NCBI RefSeq assembly: GCF_046119375.1
Contig: NW_027362763.1
Span: 694,710,001-694,774,000 of the forward strand
Length of the DNA stretch: 64,000 nucleotides
Source of the DNA: Phyllobates terribilis
Lineage: Eukaryota
Direction: 5' to 3'
In this document: in pieces, positions 1 through 13,000 of the stretch
Numbering within the stretch: the stretch's first letter is position 1
Layout of the letters: each line of letters opens with the position of its first letter
Notes under the pieces: model-generated
Told to the model about the DNA's origin: nothing
Database searches by the model: none
The model's input: the letters and a program-made list of their open reading frames with translations, nothing else
Translations under genes and position numbers: made by a program

Positions 1-208
1 CATACTGACAGATTCCCTTTAATACAACATACGAATGTAGTTACCATAGTGGGACGACCCTTTCGAAACTTTCCTCTCCCACATAACGCAGACTTTTTAA
101 CTTCAATATGCAAAATTCTGCATCTACTGATAGGAATTCCTGCGTCCATTATATAACATGGCAGGACGAGCGCCAATATGGATCTACAGTGAAAAGTGAG
201 CCGAGTAC

Positions 209-369
209 CTGTTGATGAGGGGGCTTCGTGTCTCCTTATGGTAGAACACCGGGATAGGGACCCCCCAGCTCCGCTGCCTGGATATGCACCAGTATGTGCG
301 GCGGCCCAGCATCTCAATCATCCTGTTTGCTGCTGATGCCGGGGTGAACTTCACTTTTTTCAGAACTTC
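209..369 (-). CDS. IARS2: IARS2 exon 12
   Basis: EVLKKVKF...[22 protein letters not shown]; cag|GAA, AG|gtactc. Confidence 0.96.
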
Positions 370-1312
370 CTGTAAATAAATGAACACAATTTAATGCAAA
401 GACAATGGTGATGGCTACCCCAGAAAATCCTCCGCCACTCCAGTGTTTCTCGATTTGCCCTGCAGGCACGTGTGACGTGCCATATGTGACCACTGCAACC
501 AGTCACTGGCCTCCGCAGAAATACCCGCATGTACGGCACATTCCACTGGAGACTGAAGAGCTGCAGCGGTCACACATGCTACCCGTAAAGTAAATCATCA
601 CTGCAAGACAACTAACAAGGACAGACAATGACCATCAAAGTGAGTACGCTGGAGTGGCAGGGGGCTTACCAGGTGAGTAACTATAATTGGCAAGACGTTA
701 TGCTATGCCATCATTTTAGGACTGATGTGGTCCAACCTCTGGGACCTCCAGTGGTCGTGCGATTAAGCCCTAACTTCTAGAAATGGACCCGAGTCTAGCG
801 TCCAGGTCAGTATCTCATGGCAGCAGGCCAGGAACCCTATAAACCAACATCTACTTACCTAACCATTCTTGGCTCCTCTGTTGATTAGCCGGTCAGGTGC
901 GAAATCATAGATACACACATGATGTCGAACCAAGCCGGCTAATCAACAGAGGAGCTGAGAATACCGGCATGTAAGGAGGCGGTCCGCAGGGCTCCCATCC
1001 CCTTGTCAAGGACTATTAAACATGGCTGCTGGTCCTGCAAATTGATTTGCTCAACTATATACTAAGTTAGCTTTCTCTTGGAGCCATTTTTCAAGATATT
1101 TGAAATATATATGTACATAATATATGCTATATTGCAACTATTGTATATCAAAATGTTATGTAAATCAAATTTTATGTTTTGATTTTTTTTCTCTTTATAA
1201 TGTTTACTGATTGGATTCATATTAGATTAATTTTACATTTTTATTTTGATAGATCAGACTCTTACCGAAGCGACATTGTCAAATATGATAGATAGATATA
1301 GAGATATATATT

Positions 1313-2205
1313 CAGTACAGACCAAAAGTTTGGACACACCTTCTCATTTAAAGATTTTTCTGTATTTTCATGAATATGAAAATTGTACATTCACACTGAA
1401 GGCATCAAAACTATGAATTAACACATGTGGAATTATATACTTAACTAAAAAGTGTGAAACAACTGAAAATATGTCTTATATTCTAGGTTCTTCAAAGTAG
1501 CCACCTTTTGCTTTGATGACTGCTTTGCACACTCTTGGCATTCTCTTGATGAGCTTCAAGAGGTAGTCACCGGAAATGGTTTTCACTTCACAGGTGTGCC
1601 CTGTCAGGTTTAATAAGTGGGATTTCTTGCCTTATAAATGGGGTTGGGACCATCAGTTGTGTTGTGCAGAAGTCTGGTGGATACACAGCTGATAGTCCTA
1701 CTGAACAGACTTAAAATTTGTATTATGGGAAGAAAAAAGCATCCAAGTAAAGAAAAACGAGTGGCCATCATTACTTTAAGAAATGAAGGTCAGTCAGTCT
1801 GAAAAATTGGGAAAACTTTGAAAGTGTCCCCAAGTGCAGTTGCAAAAACCATCAAGCGCTACAAAGAAACTGGCTCACATGAGGCCCGCCCCAGGAAAGG
1901 AAGACCAAGAGTCACCTCTGCTTCTGAGGATAAGTTTATCCGAGTCACCAGCCTCAGAAATCGCAGGTTAACAGCAGCTCAGATTAGAGACCAGGTCAAT
2001 GCCACACAGAGCTCTAGCAGCAGACACATCTCTTCAACAACTGTTAAGAGGAGACTTTGTGCAGCAGGCCTTCATGGTAAAATAGCTGCTAGGAAACCAC
2101 TGCTAAGGACAGGCAACAGGCAGAAGAGACTTGTTTGGGCTAAAGAACACAAGGAATGGACATTAGACCAGTCGAAATCTGTGCTTTGGTCTGATGAGTC
2201 CAAAT
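1313..2205 (+). mobile_element. Tc1-like transposon, left half (same family as 36144-37773), cut by assembly gap
   Basis: TIR CAGTACAGACCAAAAGTTTGGACACACC; transposase N-terminus to WSDES; near-identical to the 36144 copy. Confidence 0.93.
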
Positions 2206-2437
2206 NNNNNNNNNNNNNNNNNNNNNNNNNNNNNNNNNNNNNNNNNNNNNNNNNNNNNNNNNNNNNNNNNNNNNNNNNNNNNNNNNNNNNNNNNNNNNNN
2301 NNNNNNNNNNNNNNNNNNNNNNNNNNNNNNNNNNNNNNNNNNNNNNNNNNNNNNNNNNNNNNNNNNNNNNNNNNNNNNNNNNNNNNNNNNNNNNNNNNNN
2401 NNNNNNNNNNNNNNNNNNNNNNNNNNNNNNNNNNNNN
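2206..2437. other. Assembly gap (232 N)
   Basis: Run of N. Confidence 1.
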
Positions 2438-5400
2438 AGGTGCATCTCACAAAAGTAGAATATCATCCTCTCCCAGGAGCTAGCTTCTCCATACACTGAA
2501 CACCACCTGAGTCAAAAAGGCTTGCTATTTATAGCCCAGACCACACCCTGGGGTGGAGATATGGTGAATGGCCTCCCACCCGCACTATAGCCATTCACCA
2601 AAAACAAGCCCTTTTAAATATGGCTGATTAACCCTCTCTGCACATACCATGCAGAAGAAGACTTCCAGGTTTCACATCACTGAAGCCAATAGCCTCAGTG
2701 AAACATATCTCCTCTCCAGCACTCTGCCAGTGACTTTGTCACATATCCCTCTCCTCTGCCCAAAGCCTGGAGTTTTGGCACCTTCACTCATTAAACATGG
2801 AAGTCTGGATAGGGCATCTGCATTACTATGTAGTTTCCCGGGCCTGTGCTCCACATGAAAATTAAAGTCCTGGAGAGTGAGAAACCACCTAGTCACCGGG
2901 GCATTCTTTCCCTTCCTTTCCCTCATTCATCTCAGGGGTGCATGATATGACACTAATCTGAACTTACAGCCTAAAAAGGTAATACCTCAGGTTGTCAACT
3001 GCCCACTTGATAGCCAAGCACTCTTTTTCTACGTTGGCATAGTTTTTCTCACTGGCAGAAAGTTTTCTGCTTAGATACAGGATGGGATGTTCCTCCCTGT
3101 TCACTTCTTGGGATAACACGTCTCCTAACCTGACCTCCGAGGCGTCCATCTGGACCACAAACTCCTTATTGAAGTCCGGAGCAATCAAGACCGGCTGCTT
3201 ACACAGGGCGAGCTTCAACTCCTGGAATGCTCCCTCCGCTTCAGCAGACCATTTGGCCACCATCGTCTTCGTCCCTTTAAGCAGGTCGGTAAGGGGTGCA
3301 GCCATCATGGCGAAATTCGGGATAAATCGCCGATAGTATCCCACAATTCCCAGAAATGCCTGAACCTGTTTCTTGGAGTTCAGTTGCGGCCAATTTTGGA
3401 TTGCTTCCACCTTATTTACTTGCGGATTGATTTTGCCTCTTCCGACGATGTAGCCCATGGCGCCTCTTCTTTCCCCATGGCGCACTTCTGTGGGTTTATT
3501 GTAAACCCGGCCTTCCTCAGTACATTAAGTACCGCCCTGACCTTCTGTAGGCGACTTCCCCAATCCGGGCTGAAGATCACAATGTCGTCAAGATATGCGG
3601 AGGCGTAATTATTGTGTGAGGCTAGGACCCGGTCCATGGCCCTCTGGAAGGTAGCTGGGGCTCCCTGCAGAGCAAATAGCATTCTGGTGTACTGACAGCA
3701 AGCGTCAGATGTAGAGAAGGCCGTCTTCTCCTTGGTCCTTAGTGACAGGAGAATTTGCCAGTACCTTTTTGTCAGGTCCAGGGTAGTGATGTATCTGGCT
3801 GGCCCTAGCCTCTCAATAAGTTCATTGACCCGGGGCATGGGATATGCATTGAACTTGGACACCTCATTTAATTTCCTGTAGTCGTTACAAAACTGCCACT
3901 CTCTGTCCGGCTTCAGCACAAGGACAATGGGGCTGGACCAGCTGCTTTTTGACTCCTCGATGACGCCCAGGCTCAACATTCTCTGCACTTCCTTCTAAAT
4001 CACCTCGCGGCTGGCTTTGGGAATCCAATACGGGTTTTGGCTCACCGGCACATGCGGTTCAGTCAAGATTTCATGCTCCACCACCTGTGTGCAACCTAGC
4101 AACTCTGAAAACAGGTCCCGGCTCCGCTGAAGCAGCTTTTGGCACTGTTGCTTCTGGGCCGGTGACAGTGTATCTGCTACTGTGACATCCTCGGCCTTGG
4201 CTTTAGGATGGGCCCCCAGACATGTTTCCACCGGTTCCCTGACTCACCATGGTTTGAGTAGGTTAACGTGGTACACCTGGTATGGCTTTCTTCTCCCTGG
4301 TTGGTGGACCTTGTAGTTGACGTCACTCAACTTTAGACCACCTCGTATGGCCCTTGCCTCTTGGCCAGGAACTTACTTTCCACCATGGGGATTAGCATCA
4401 ACACCCGGTCCCCTGGGCTAAACTGTCTCAGTCTCGCAGCCCAGTTGTAAACCCTGGCTTGAGCCTCTTGGGATTGGAGGAGGCTCTCCTTCACAATCTA
4501 AATCACTTTCTCGATCCCGGTCCTGCATTTGGGCCACATGTTCGATGACGCTCTTGTGGGGTGTCACCTCGGCTTCCCATGTCTCCTTTGCAATATCCAG
4601 AAGTCTGTGAGGATGCCGTCCATATAGCAACTCGAAGGGGGAGAATCCCGTAGAGGCCTGGGGAACTTCCCTAAACGTGAACAGCGGGTAGGAAAGTAGG
4701 CAATCCCAGTCTCTGCCATCCTCTTCCACCACCTTCTTCAACATGGATTTTAGGGTCTTGTTAAACCTCTCCACAAGGTCGTCCATCTGCAGAGGGTACA
4801 TGGAGGTCCTGAGTTGTGTAATTTGGAGAGCTTTACACAACTCCATCATCACTTTTGACATGAAAGGAGTTCCTTGGTCTGTCAGGGTCTCCTTTGGCAG
4901 GCCAGTCAGGAAGAAAATATGTACTAGCTCTCGGGCTATACTCCTGGCAGAGGAGTTTCTCAGTGGTACCGCCTTCGGGTACAGTGTTGCATAGTCCATA
5001 ACCACTAAAATATATTGGTGCTCCCTGGCGGACCTAACCAGGGGCCCAGCAAGGTCCATGGCAATCCGGTTGAATGGGACCTCTATAATGGGTAATGGCA
5101 CTAGGGGACTGCGAAAGTGGGATAAGGGAGAAGTTAGTTGACAGGTAGGGCAGGATCGGCAGAAATTAACAATGTCTCGGTGACATCCAGGCCAGTAGAA
5201 CCTCTGCAGGACCCGCTCTTGTGTTTTCTCTACTCCCAGATGCCCACCCAAGACATGAGAATGAGCCACATCTAATACCCTATGCCTATAGGGACCCGGC
5301 ACCAATAACTGCTCTTCCCCTCTCGGTATAGTGGCCCGGTAAAGCGGCTTGTAATTTATGGTGAAATATGGGAACCTGGTGTCAGCCCCCAGCTCCCGAG

Positions 5401-6876
5401 AAACCCCATTTATTACCGATACATTATCAAATGCATTCTTTAGTGTAACATCCTGCATTTGAGCAGTACCAAAATTTCCCCCAGAAACCCCCAAATCCGT
5501 AATCTCGGCCTCCAGGGTCACAGTCTCGTCCTCGTTACCAGCAAGGACACACAGGGGGAACTCATCTGCCTCCGACTGCGACGGTGATGCATAATGGTGT
5601 AACCGGCTCCTGTTTTAGACACTTGGTCCCCCGCTTTCCACCATAAGTCCCAGAACAAGCTAAAGTCCCGCCCTATTATTACCGGGTGGAGCAGGTCCTT
5701 AACTACCCCGACCTCATGGGACTCAGCCCCACAGTCAGTTTGTATTGTTTGGCAATAGGGTAATCCTTGGCGTCCCCGTGAATGCATCGTACACCCACGT
5801 TTTTCCCGGGGATCAACTGGTGTGGGAGCGTGGCCCTTATCAGAGTCACAAAACTCCCTGAGTCCTGCCACCAGTACCCCATTTATCGTCATGGGACATG
5901 ACTGTGGCCCCTCACCGGGCTGACAGGCCACACTGCAGGCGAGGTAGGCATAGTAAGAACACCGGCGTCCCAGGCTACAGTCCATCTGCTCTGTGGTCAG
6001 CTGGCGGCTATATGGCCTGGGCCGTAACATCTCCAGCATATAATATCACCAGCAGGGATCTTTGGCATTACCTCCCCCGCCCCTTCGGAACTTGGACACC
6101 CTAACCTTTTTGCGGCCTCCGTCCCCTGATGAAACACCCTGTATGGAGTTGCTGCTTTCCCAAGGAGCCCCCGGCCCCCTGATACCTCTCGACCAGTCCC
6201 ACCAGTTCATTGGCGTTCCGAGGATCACCCTGGTCAACCCAAGTGCAGTAAGTCAAACATTTGGGAGCGAGGGGGTTTCTCACAGTGATACGTCCAGCGG
6301 TGGACCCGCTGCGCCCTGACAGTCATAGTAACTTCCAAGCGCGCCAAAATTTCAGTTTTTAATTTTCCATACTCCTTGGCGTCTGGCAAGGCCAAGTCAT
6401 AGTAAGCCTTCTGGGGCTCGCCAGTCAAGTATGGCACCAGCACCTCTGCCCATTGTTCTGGCGAAAGTTTCTCTCTCTCGGCGACCCTCTCAAATAATGT
6501 CAGAAAGGCTTCTACGTTATCACCCTGGGTCACTTTCTGCAGCGCACTCCTTACCGCCTTCCAGTGGAAAAGTCGTCCACTGACCTTAGACTTGGAGCTT
6601 TTGCCGTGCCACAAATTGCCTCAGTGAGCAAATCAATTTGCTGCTGCTGTTGTCGGTGCTGGTCCTGTGGCAGCTACATAAGTAGCTTAGTGGTCTCCTG
6701 TTGCGCCATCTGTTGCTGCTGCTCCCTGAGCTGCTGTAGCTGCTGCTGTGCTTGCACCAGATGCTTAATTAGTTACTTCATTTTGTCCGGCGTCGCTTGC
6801 TGGGCTGGTTTATGGCAGACTTCACCCAGAACATGCAGCACCTCTTGCAGCAGTCACACGTGTTCGCTGGGAACGC

Positions 6877-6894
6877 TGCCCGCATTCTCCACCA
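6877..6894 (-). other. Primer-binding site complementary to the tRNA-Ala(AGC) 3' end
   Basis: TGGTGGAGAATGCGGGCA, 2 nt after the LTR-terminal CA; its complement TGCCCGCATTCTCCACCA matches the vertebrate tRNA-Ala(AGC) 3' end as I recall it. Confidence 0.8.
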
Positions 6895-7088
6895 CCTGTG
6901 GTAGATCGGCTTGCTCGACTTTACACGGAGGGAGACATGGAACACTATCTCTTTAAGGTTTGGATTGGTTTATTAAAAATGTTGTAAACCAACTTACAGT
7001 TCATAAAGTAAACACAGCCCATCCGGCATAATGGCAAAGCAAAATAAAAGATACAGCACAGTCCGTATATCGGCCGAGGTTAGCACAA

Positions 7089-10000
7089 AAAGAGGGATTT
7101 TTGATACTCGCCGTAAAATCTTTCTTGGAGCCTTCATTGGGGGACACAGGACCATGGGTTTATGCTGCTGTCGCTAGGAGGTTGACACCAGGCAAAAATA
7201 AAAAAAAAAAGAAGATAGCTCCTCCTCTGCAGTATACACCCGCCTACAGGCATTAAGCTCATGAGTTAGTGAGTAAAGCAGTAGGAGAAACCATAACGTA
7301 AACAAATATACAATTCCCAATGGGGCATCTCAGAGAAAAACAAACTGGATGCCCAACGGGGACAACTGGAGGAACATATGACCAAACTCAGGGAGGGTGC
7401 TATATCCCCCAATGAAAGCTCCAAGAAAGAGATTTTACGGTGACTACCAAAAATCCCTCTTTCTTTATCGCTTCATTGGGGGACGCAGGACCATGGGACG
7501 TCCTAAAGCAGTCCTTAGGGTGGGAGAACCAAGATGGCCAAAAACTAAGTCGGACTGCGGGCAACTGCAGCCTGCAGAACCTTCCGTCCAAGACTGGCAT
7601 CAGCCGAGGAGTAAGTGTGGACCTTGCAAAACATTGAAAAGGTATACAGAGAAGACCAGGTTGCGGCCTTACAGATTTATGAAGCCGAAGCCTGATGGCA
7701 AACCGCCCAAGAGGCCCCCACCGCCCGGGTGGAGTGAGCCCTTACCCCCGGAGGGGGAGGTTTGCCTGAGACGCGATATGCCTGCAAAATGGTTGAACGT
7801 ATCCAACGAGCGATGGTTGACTTGGAAGCAGGAAGACCCTTGCGACGCCCCTCAGGAATGACAAAAATGGAGTCCGAACGCCGAAAGGAAGCAGTTCTAG
7901 AAAGGTACATGCATAGAGCTCTGACCAGATCCAGTTTATGCAGGGATTTTTCCAATGGATGCCGCGGAGCCGGGCAGAAAGAAGGCAAAACAATGTCCTC
8001 ATTGATGTGGAAGGAGGAAACTACCTCTGGCAAAAAGGAAGGGCCCGGCCTGAGCACTACTTTGTCTTGGTGAAAGACCAGAAAAGGCGACCGACATGAG
8101 AGGGCTGCGAGCTCCGCAACCCTCCTAATCGAGGTAACAGCCACCAGAAAAGCCACCTTCCAGGAGAGAAGAGAGGCTGAGATGTCCTGAATGGGTTCGA
8201 ACGAAGGCTGTTGGAGGACGGTTAGGACCATATTAAGGTCCCATGGATCCACTGGGGGGCGATAAGGCGGCGCCAGGTGCGCCACCCACTGTAGAAAAGT
8301 CTTGACCTGAGGCCGGGCAGCCAAGTTACGTTGGAAGAGGATGGACAATGCCGACACTTGACCTTTGAGGGTGCTCAAGGAGAGACCCGCCTCTAGGCCA
8401 GAATGAAGAAAGGCCAGGATGACCGGTAACGAAAAAGACATGGGAGCTAGCTGATCTCCCTCACAGTGACGAAAGAAGGCTCTCCAGGTTCTGTAATATA
8501 TGCGCGAGGTTGCGGGTTTTCTGGTGCTAATTAAGGTCTGAATGACATTGTCAGCAAACAGCGCCTTCCTTAACACTGCGGCTTCAACGGCCATGCCATT
8601 AAATTCAGAGAACGCGAACTCTGATGAAGGATAGGACCCTGAGAGAGGAGATCTGGACGGTCTGGTAGCCTCCAGGGTGAGTCGACGAGCAGGTTTACTA
8701 GCTCCGCGTACCAGACCCGTCTGTGCCAGTCTGGTGCTATTAGGATTACCGGTACTCCCTCTGTCTTGATCTTCTTGACGACTCGAGGGATCAATGGTAG
8801 AGAGGGAAAGCGATAGGGCAGCTGGAACTGAGACCATGAAATGACTAGCGCGTCTTGAGCGATCGCAAGGGGATCGCGGGACCGGGCTTACAAAGGATGG
8901 AACCTTGTGGTTTAACCGAGACGCAATGAGGTAGATGTCTGGCATGCCCCACCGTAAGCAAATCTGCTGAAACACCTCGGGATGGAGAGACCATTCTCCT
9001 GAGGCAAGGCCCTGCCGACTGAGGAAGTCGGCAGCCTAATTGTCGACCCCCGGAATGTGGACTGCTGAAATTGCCGGAAAGGTCTTTTCGGCCCAAACAA
9101 GAACTCTTGCCACTTCTTTGAAGACGGACTTGCTGCGCGTTCCACCTTGATGTTTTAAGTACGCCACAGCCGTGGCGTTGTCCGATAGTACGCGGACTGG
9201 GAACCCTGCTAGAAGATCCTGCCAGTGACGTAACGCCAGGTAAATTGCCCTGATTTCCAAGATATTGATCGGTAGGGAGACCTCGTGGGGAGTCCACCGG
9301 CCCTGTACCGTGTGGTGGAGAAAGACTGCCCCTCAACCGATGAGGCTGGCATCGGTTGTAAGCACCTGCCAGCGAAGCGGTAGGAACGATCTCCCGGGTC
9401 TGAAAGAGAGGCGAGTCCACCATGTCAATGACGTTCTCACCTGAAGAGGTAACGTGATACATCGATCCAGAGATGATGGGTTCTTGTCCCATGCTGACAG
9501 AAGGGCTAGTTGAAGAGGCCGGGTATGGAATTGGGCAAACGGTACTGCTTCCATAGCAGCCACCATCTTCCCCAGGACACTCATGGATAGCCGAAGAGAG
9601 TGTAGACTTGGGTTGGAGAGGAGCTGGATCCCCAGGCGGAGAGAGTTTATCTTTTCTCTTGGAAGAAGGACCCAGGCAAGGGTTGCGTCGAACTGCATTC
9701 CCGGAAAGGTCACCCGTGAGATGGGACCAAGGAGAATTTGTCTGTGTTGATCAGCCAGCGTAACCGAGAGCGCGTGTTTAAGGTGATCTGGAGGCTGCAG
9801 AGACAGTCCTTGAACGTGGGGCCTTTGATCAACAGGTCGTCGAGGTAGTGGATAACGACAATCCCTCTGGCTCTTAGAATGGCCATGACCGTCGCCATTA
9901 CCTTCGTGAAAACCCTTGGGGCGGAGGCAAGCCCGAAGGGGAGGGAAGTGAACTGGTAATGTGCGTTCTGGCAAAACGAAGGAACTTCTGATGTGATGGA

Positions 10001-13000
10001 CAGATCGGGATGTGGAGATACACGTCCTGAATGTCCACTGAACATTGATATTCCTCGGTTTCCATCGAGGCGATTGTCAGGGATTCCACCCACACACAGT
10101 CAGGACGACACCGGGGAGATCACACAATATCTCACCGTGCCGTCACGCTGTCCGTATTTCGTCCGGAGTCACGAGCACGCGATCCAGACTACTCTCTACG
10201 TAGGTATCGGTAAGCGACCAGTGAGCGTATGGCTCAACACCCTGGGTTCCACAGACTGGAATCCAAGTTTAACGCTCTCCGTACGGTCATTGTCAGCTTC
10301 ACGATAGCCCAATTATTAATACTCTCTGCCACCACCTGCCGAGTTTTAAATATAATACAGGCCTGGCCGGACGCCTGCATTTTGGTAGCGTATATGGCTT
10401 CGGGGGAGGGAACGATTACAGAACAAAAGAAACAGAACTATTCAATTTTATATTTAATCCAAAAGGGAGGCAGTGTTTAGGAAAAATATATACAAAGATG
10501 TTAAAAAGGGGACATTAAAATACAAAGGCAGTTACATAAAATAAAACAGGATAAAAAAGTGAAACTTACACTATAAAGTTAGCTGCGACGACTCAATATA
10601 GGTGGAGGAGGGGCTCCCCGGTTGGAATATGCTGTTATTGAACAGGACCCGTTGCTTATAATTCTTATTCCCCCCTGGCAATGAGTGCTCTTGTCTTCTC
10701 CATGGGTTCTCTTATACCTAAGGGGCGATCTAGCCCCACGCCCCTTGTGGTGACATCATGTGGGCCGGTCTCCAGCCTGTACATTTTTATTAAAAATGCT
10801 AACTTCTGCAATAACTCATCGCTCGTTGATCGCAGAAGTGTGCAAACTACGCCATTTTTTACCTTCTGATTTTATCTTTATTTAGATATCCCACATCACA
10901 TAGCTGCAGTCTGCTATTCTGGTGTTTTTGCGCTGCACCTCCCCGATTTTGGTTACAGCCCTGGAAAACTACCTACACATTCCTGGGCTGATTTGGTCAC
11001 TACACATATGGGTCCCGTCACTGTCGGACCTATGGAACTCATAATATCTCATAATTCATATCGGAGTCAAGTCTGCAAATTCCCCTTTGAAGCTCGGGAA
11101 GCAGCTTCAACAGTTACATGCAAATTAGTGCAAGCCTGCATTTTAATTACCTCCTGCGTCTTTCAGGGACAAGATGCTTGCTTCTTAACGAAGTTATAAC
11201 ACTCCTTGCCTGGCCTTGTTTGCATAAACTATTTACCAGGCGGGGTCTAATTGGGGTTTTTGTGCTGAGCAGAAGGGGAATAAGGGAGGGGGTGAACATC
11301 TATGTAAGGCAGATATGGAAGAACATTTTCCTGATATTAATATGTTCCTGACAGCGATTACCGACCTGAGGGACTCCATTCTGAAGTGACGAATGCGTAC
11401 TTGTCGGTTTAGCTGTTTGAGGTCCAGGATCGGACGCAGTGAGCCGTCCTTTTTTGGAATAACGAAAAGATTGGAGTAAAAACCGGAAAACCTTTCCTGA
11501 AAGGGGATGGGTACTATGACTCCCGAGTGCCAAAGGGAGGCAATGGCCTGAAGGAAGCCTGGAAGCAGAGATGGTGGTTGCGGGGGGCGGGATCTGAGAA
11601 ATCATGTTCCTGGCATGGTGTTAAATTCGATTTTGTAGCCGGAGGTCACAGTCTCCTTGACCCATGAGTCTTCTATCGCCGAGACCCAAGAGTCTTGGAA
11701 CAGAAGTAGATGGCCGCCCACCCTGGGAGAGGTCCCAGGTGGGGGTGACCCGTCATGCTGTGGAAAATCTATTGGATGGTGATCTGGATCGCGAGGGCTT
11801 GGTGGAGAGACTCTTTGCGTGCCAGTTGGGGGTGGGCCTAAAGGATGGCTTACTTCTGGCCCTCTGCGTTGCGGAATGATCCTGTTGAGAGGAGTAGCCC
11901 GGTTGGGTAAACTGACGAAAGGACCGGAACTGAAGGGAACGTCTCCTAGGAAAGGGACGTTTGGACCTGGGCTGGGGAAGGGAGGTGCTCTTGCCCCCTG
12001 TGGCATCCCAAATGATTTGGTCTAACTTAGATCCAAACAGTCTGGAGCCTTGAAACGGGAGATTAGAGATTTTTTGGAGGCCAGGTCGGAATTCCAAGCC
12101 TTCAGCCTTCAGCCAAAGAATTCTACGTATCGCAATAATATTGCTAGAGACGCGGGCTGAGCAGGCAGCGGTGTCGAGGGATGCCGTGAGCAGATATTTC
12201 CCTGCATGGGCGATCTGATCCACTAGATCAGCCAGATAGTCTGGGGAAGTAAAGATGCCCTGTCTAAGCTGCTTGGCCCATGCGGACACTGATTTTGATA
12301 CCCAAGTTGATGCAAAGGAAGGACAAAGGGAGGCGCCAGCAGCCTCGAAGGCTGACTTAGCCAAAAGCCTCCACCTGTCTATCCGTAGTGTCCTTGAGGG
12401 AGAAGTCTGGGAGAGACAGAACCGTCTTGGCCGAGAGATGAGAGACAGGAGGATCCACAGTTGGGGACTCCGACCATTTGGCGACAAGGTCATGGTTAAA
12501 AGGATATAGCCTGTCTAGCTGTTTCTTTCCTGAAACTTTTCTGGATGCTCCCACTGTTTTTGAAAGACACTGTCAAATTCTGCATGGTTAGAAAAGGTGC
12601 GTGCTAGGCGTTTAACTTTCTTGAAAGAGACGGGGTGGTCCTGAGACGGGGCCTCGTCCTCTTTAACGTGCAGAGTCTGGTTGACGGCCAAAATAAGGCT
12701 GTCAACCATGTCCTGGATTTTGGAATATTGGTCCGTGTCGGATCCAGAAACAGAATCTGACGCAGTCAGATCCCAGGGCGACCTCTGGGGAGGAGGTGTG
12801 GGATGCAGGGGGCATCCTGAAGGATGTCGATGGTACAGGAGAGCTGGACGAGGAGCTTGCGTGAGTTCGTTTCTGAGAACGTACTCTCAGTCTGCCCTTG
12901 TGAGGAGGGGGCAGAGGTGCCTGCGAATCATCGGTGGGAACGATCGGAGCACTGGTGGCGGTGGATAACATAGGCAAGCGTTCTAGGACCTGAACCAGAG

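Noticed and set aside
6-22. TGACAGATTCCCT|TTAA terminus and many scattered TTAAAGGG ends (e.g. 42298, 43908, 44520, 63378)
   Set aside because: Probable T2/Kolobok MITE ends, but partner termini could not be paired confidently, so they are not listed as features.
7397-8073. Plus-strand ORFs antisense to the DIRS recombinase (also 20337-20564)
   Set aside because: Shadow frames of GC-rich coding sequence; not maintained as one ORF between the two copies.
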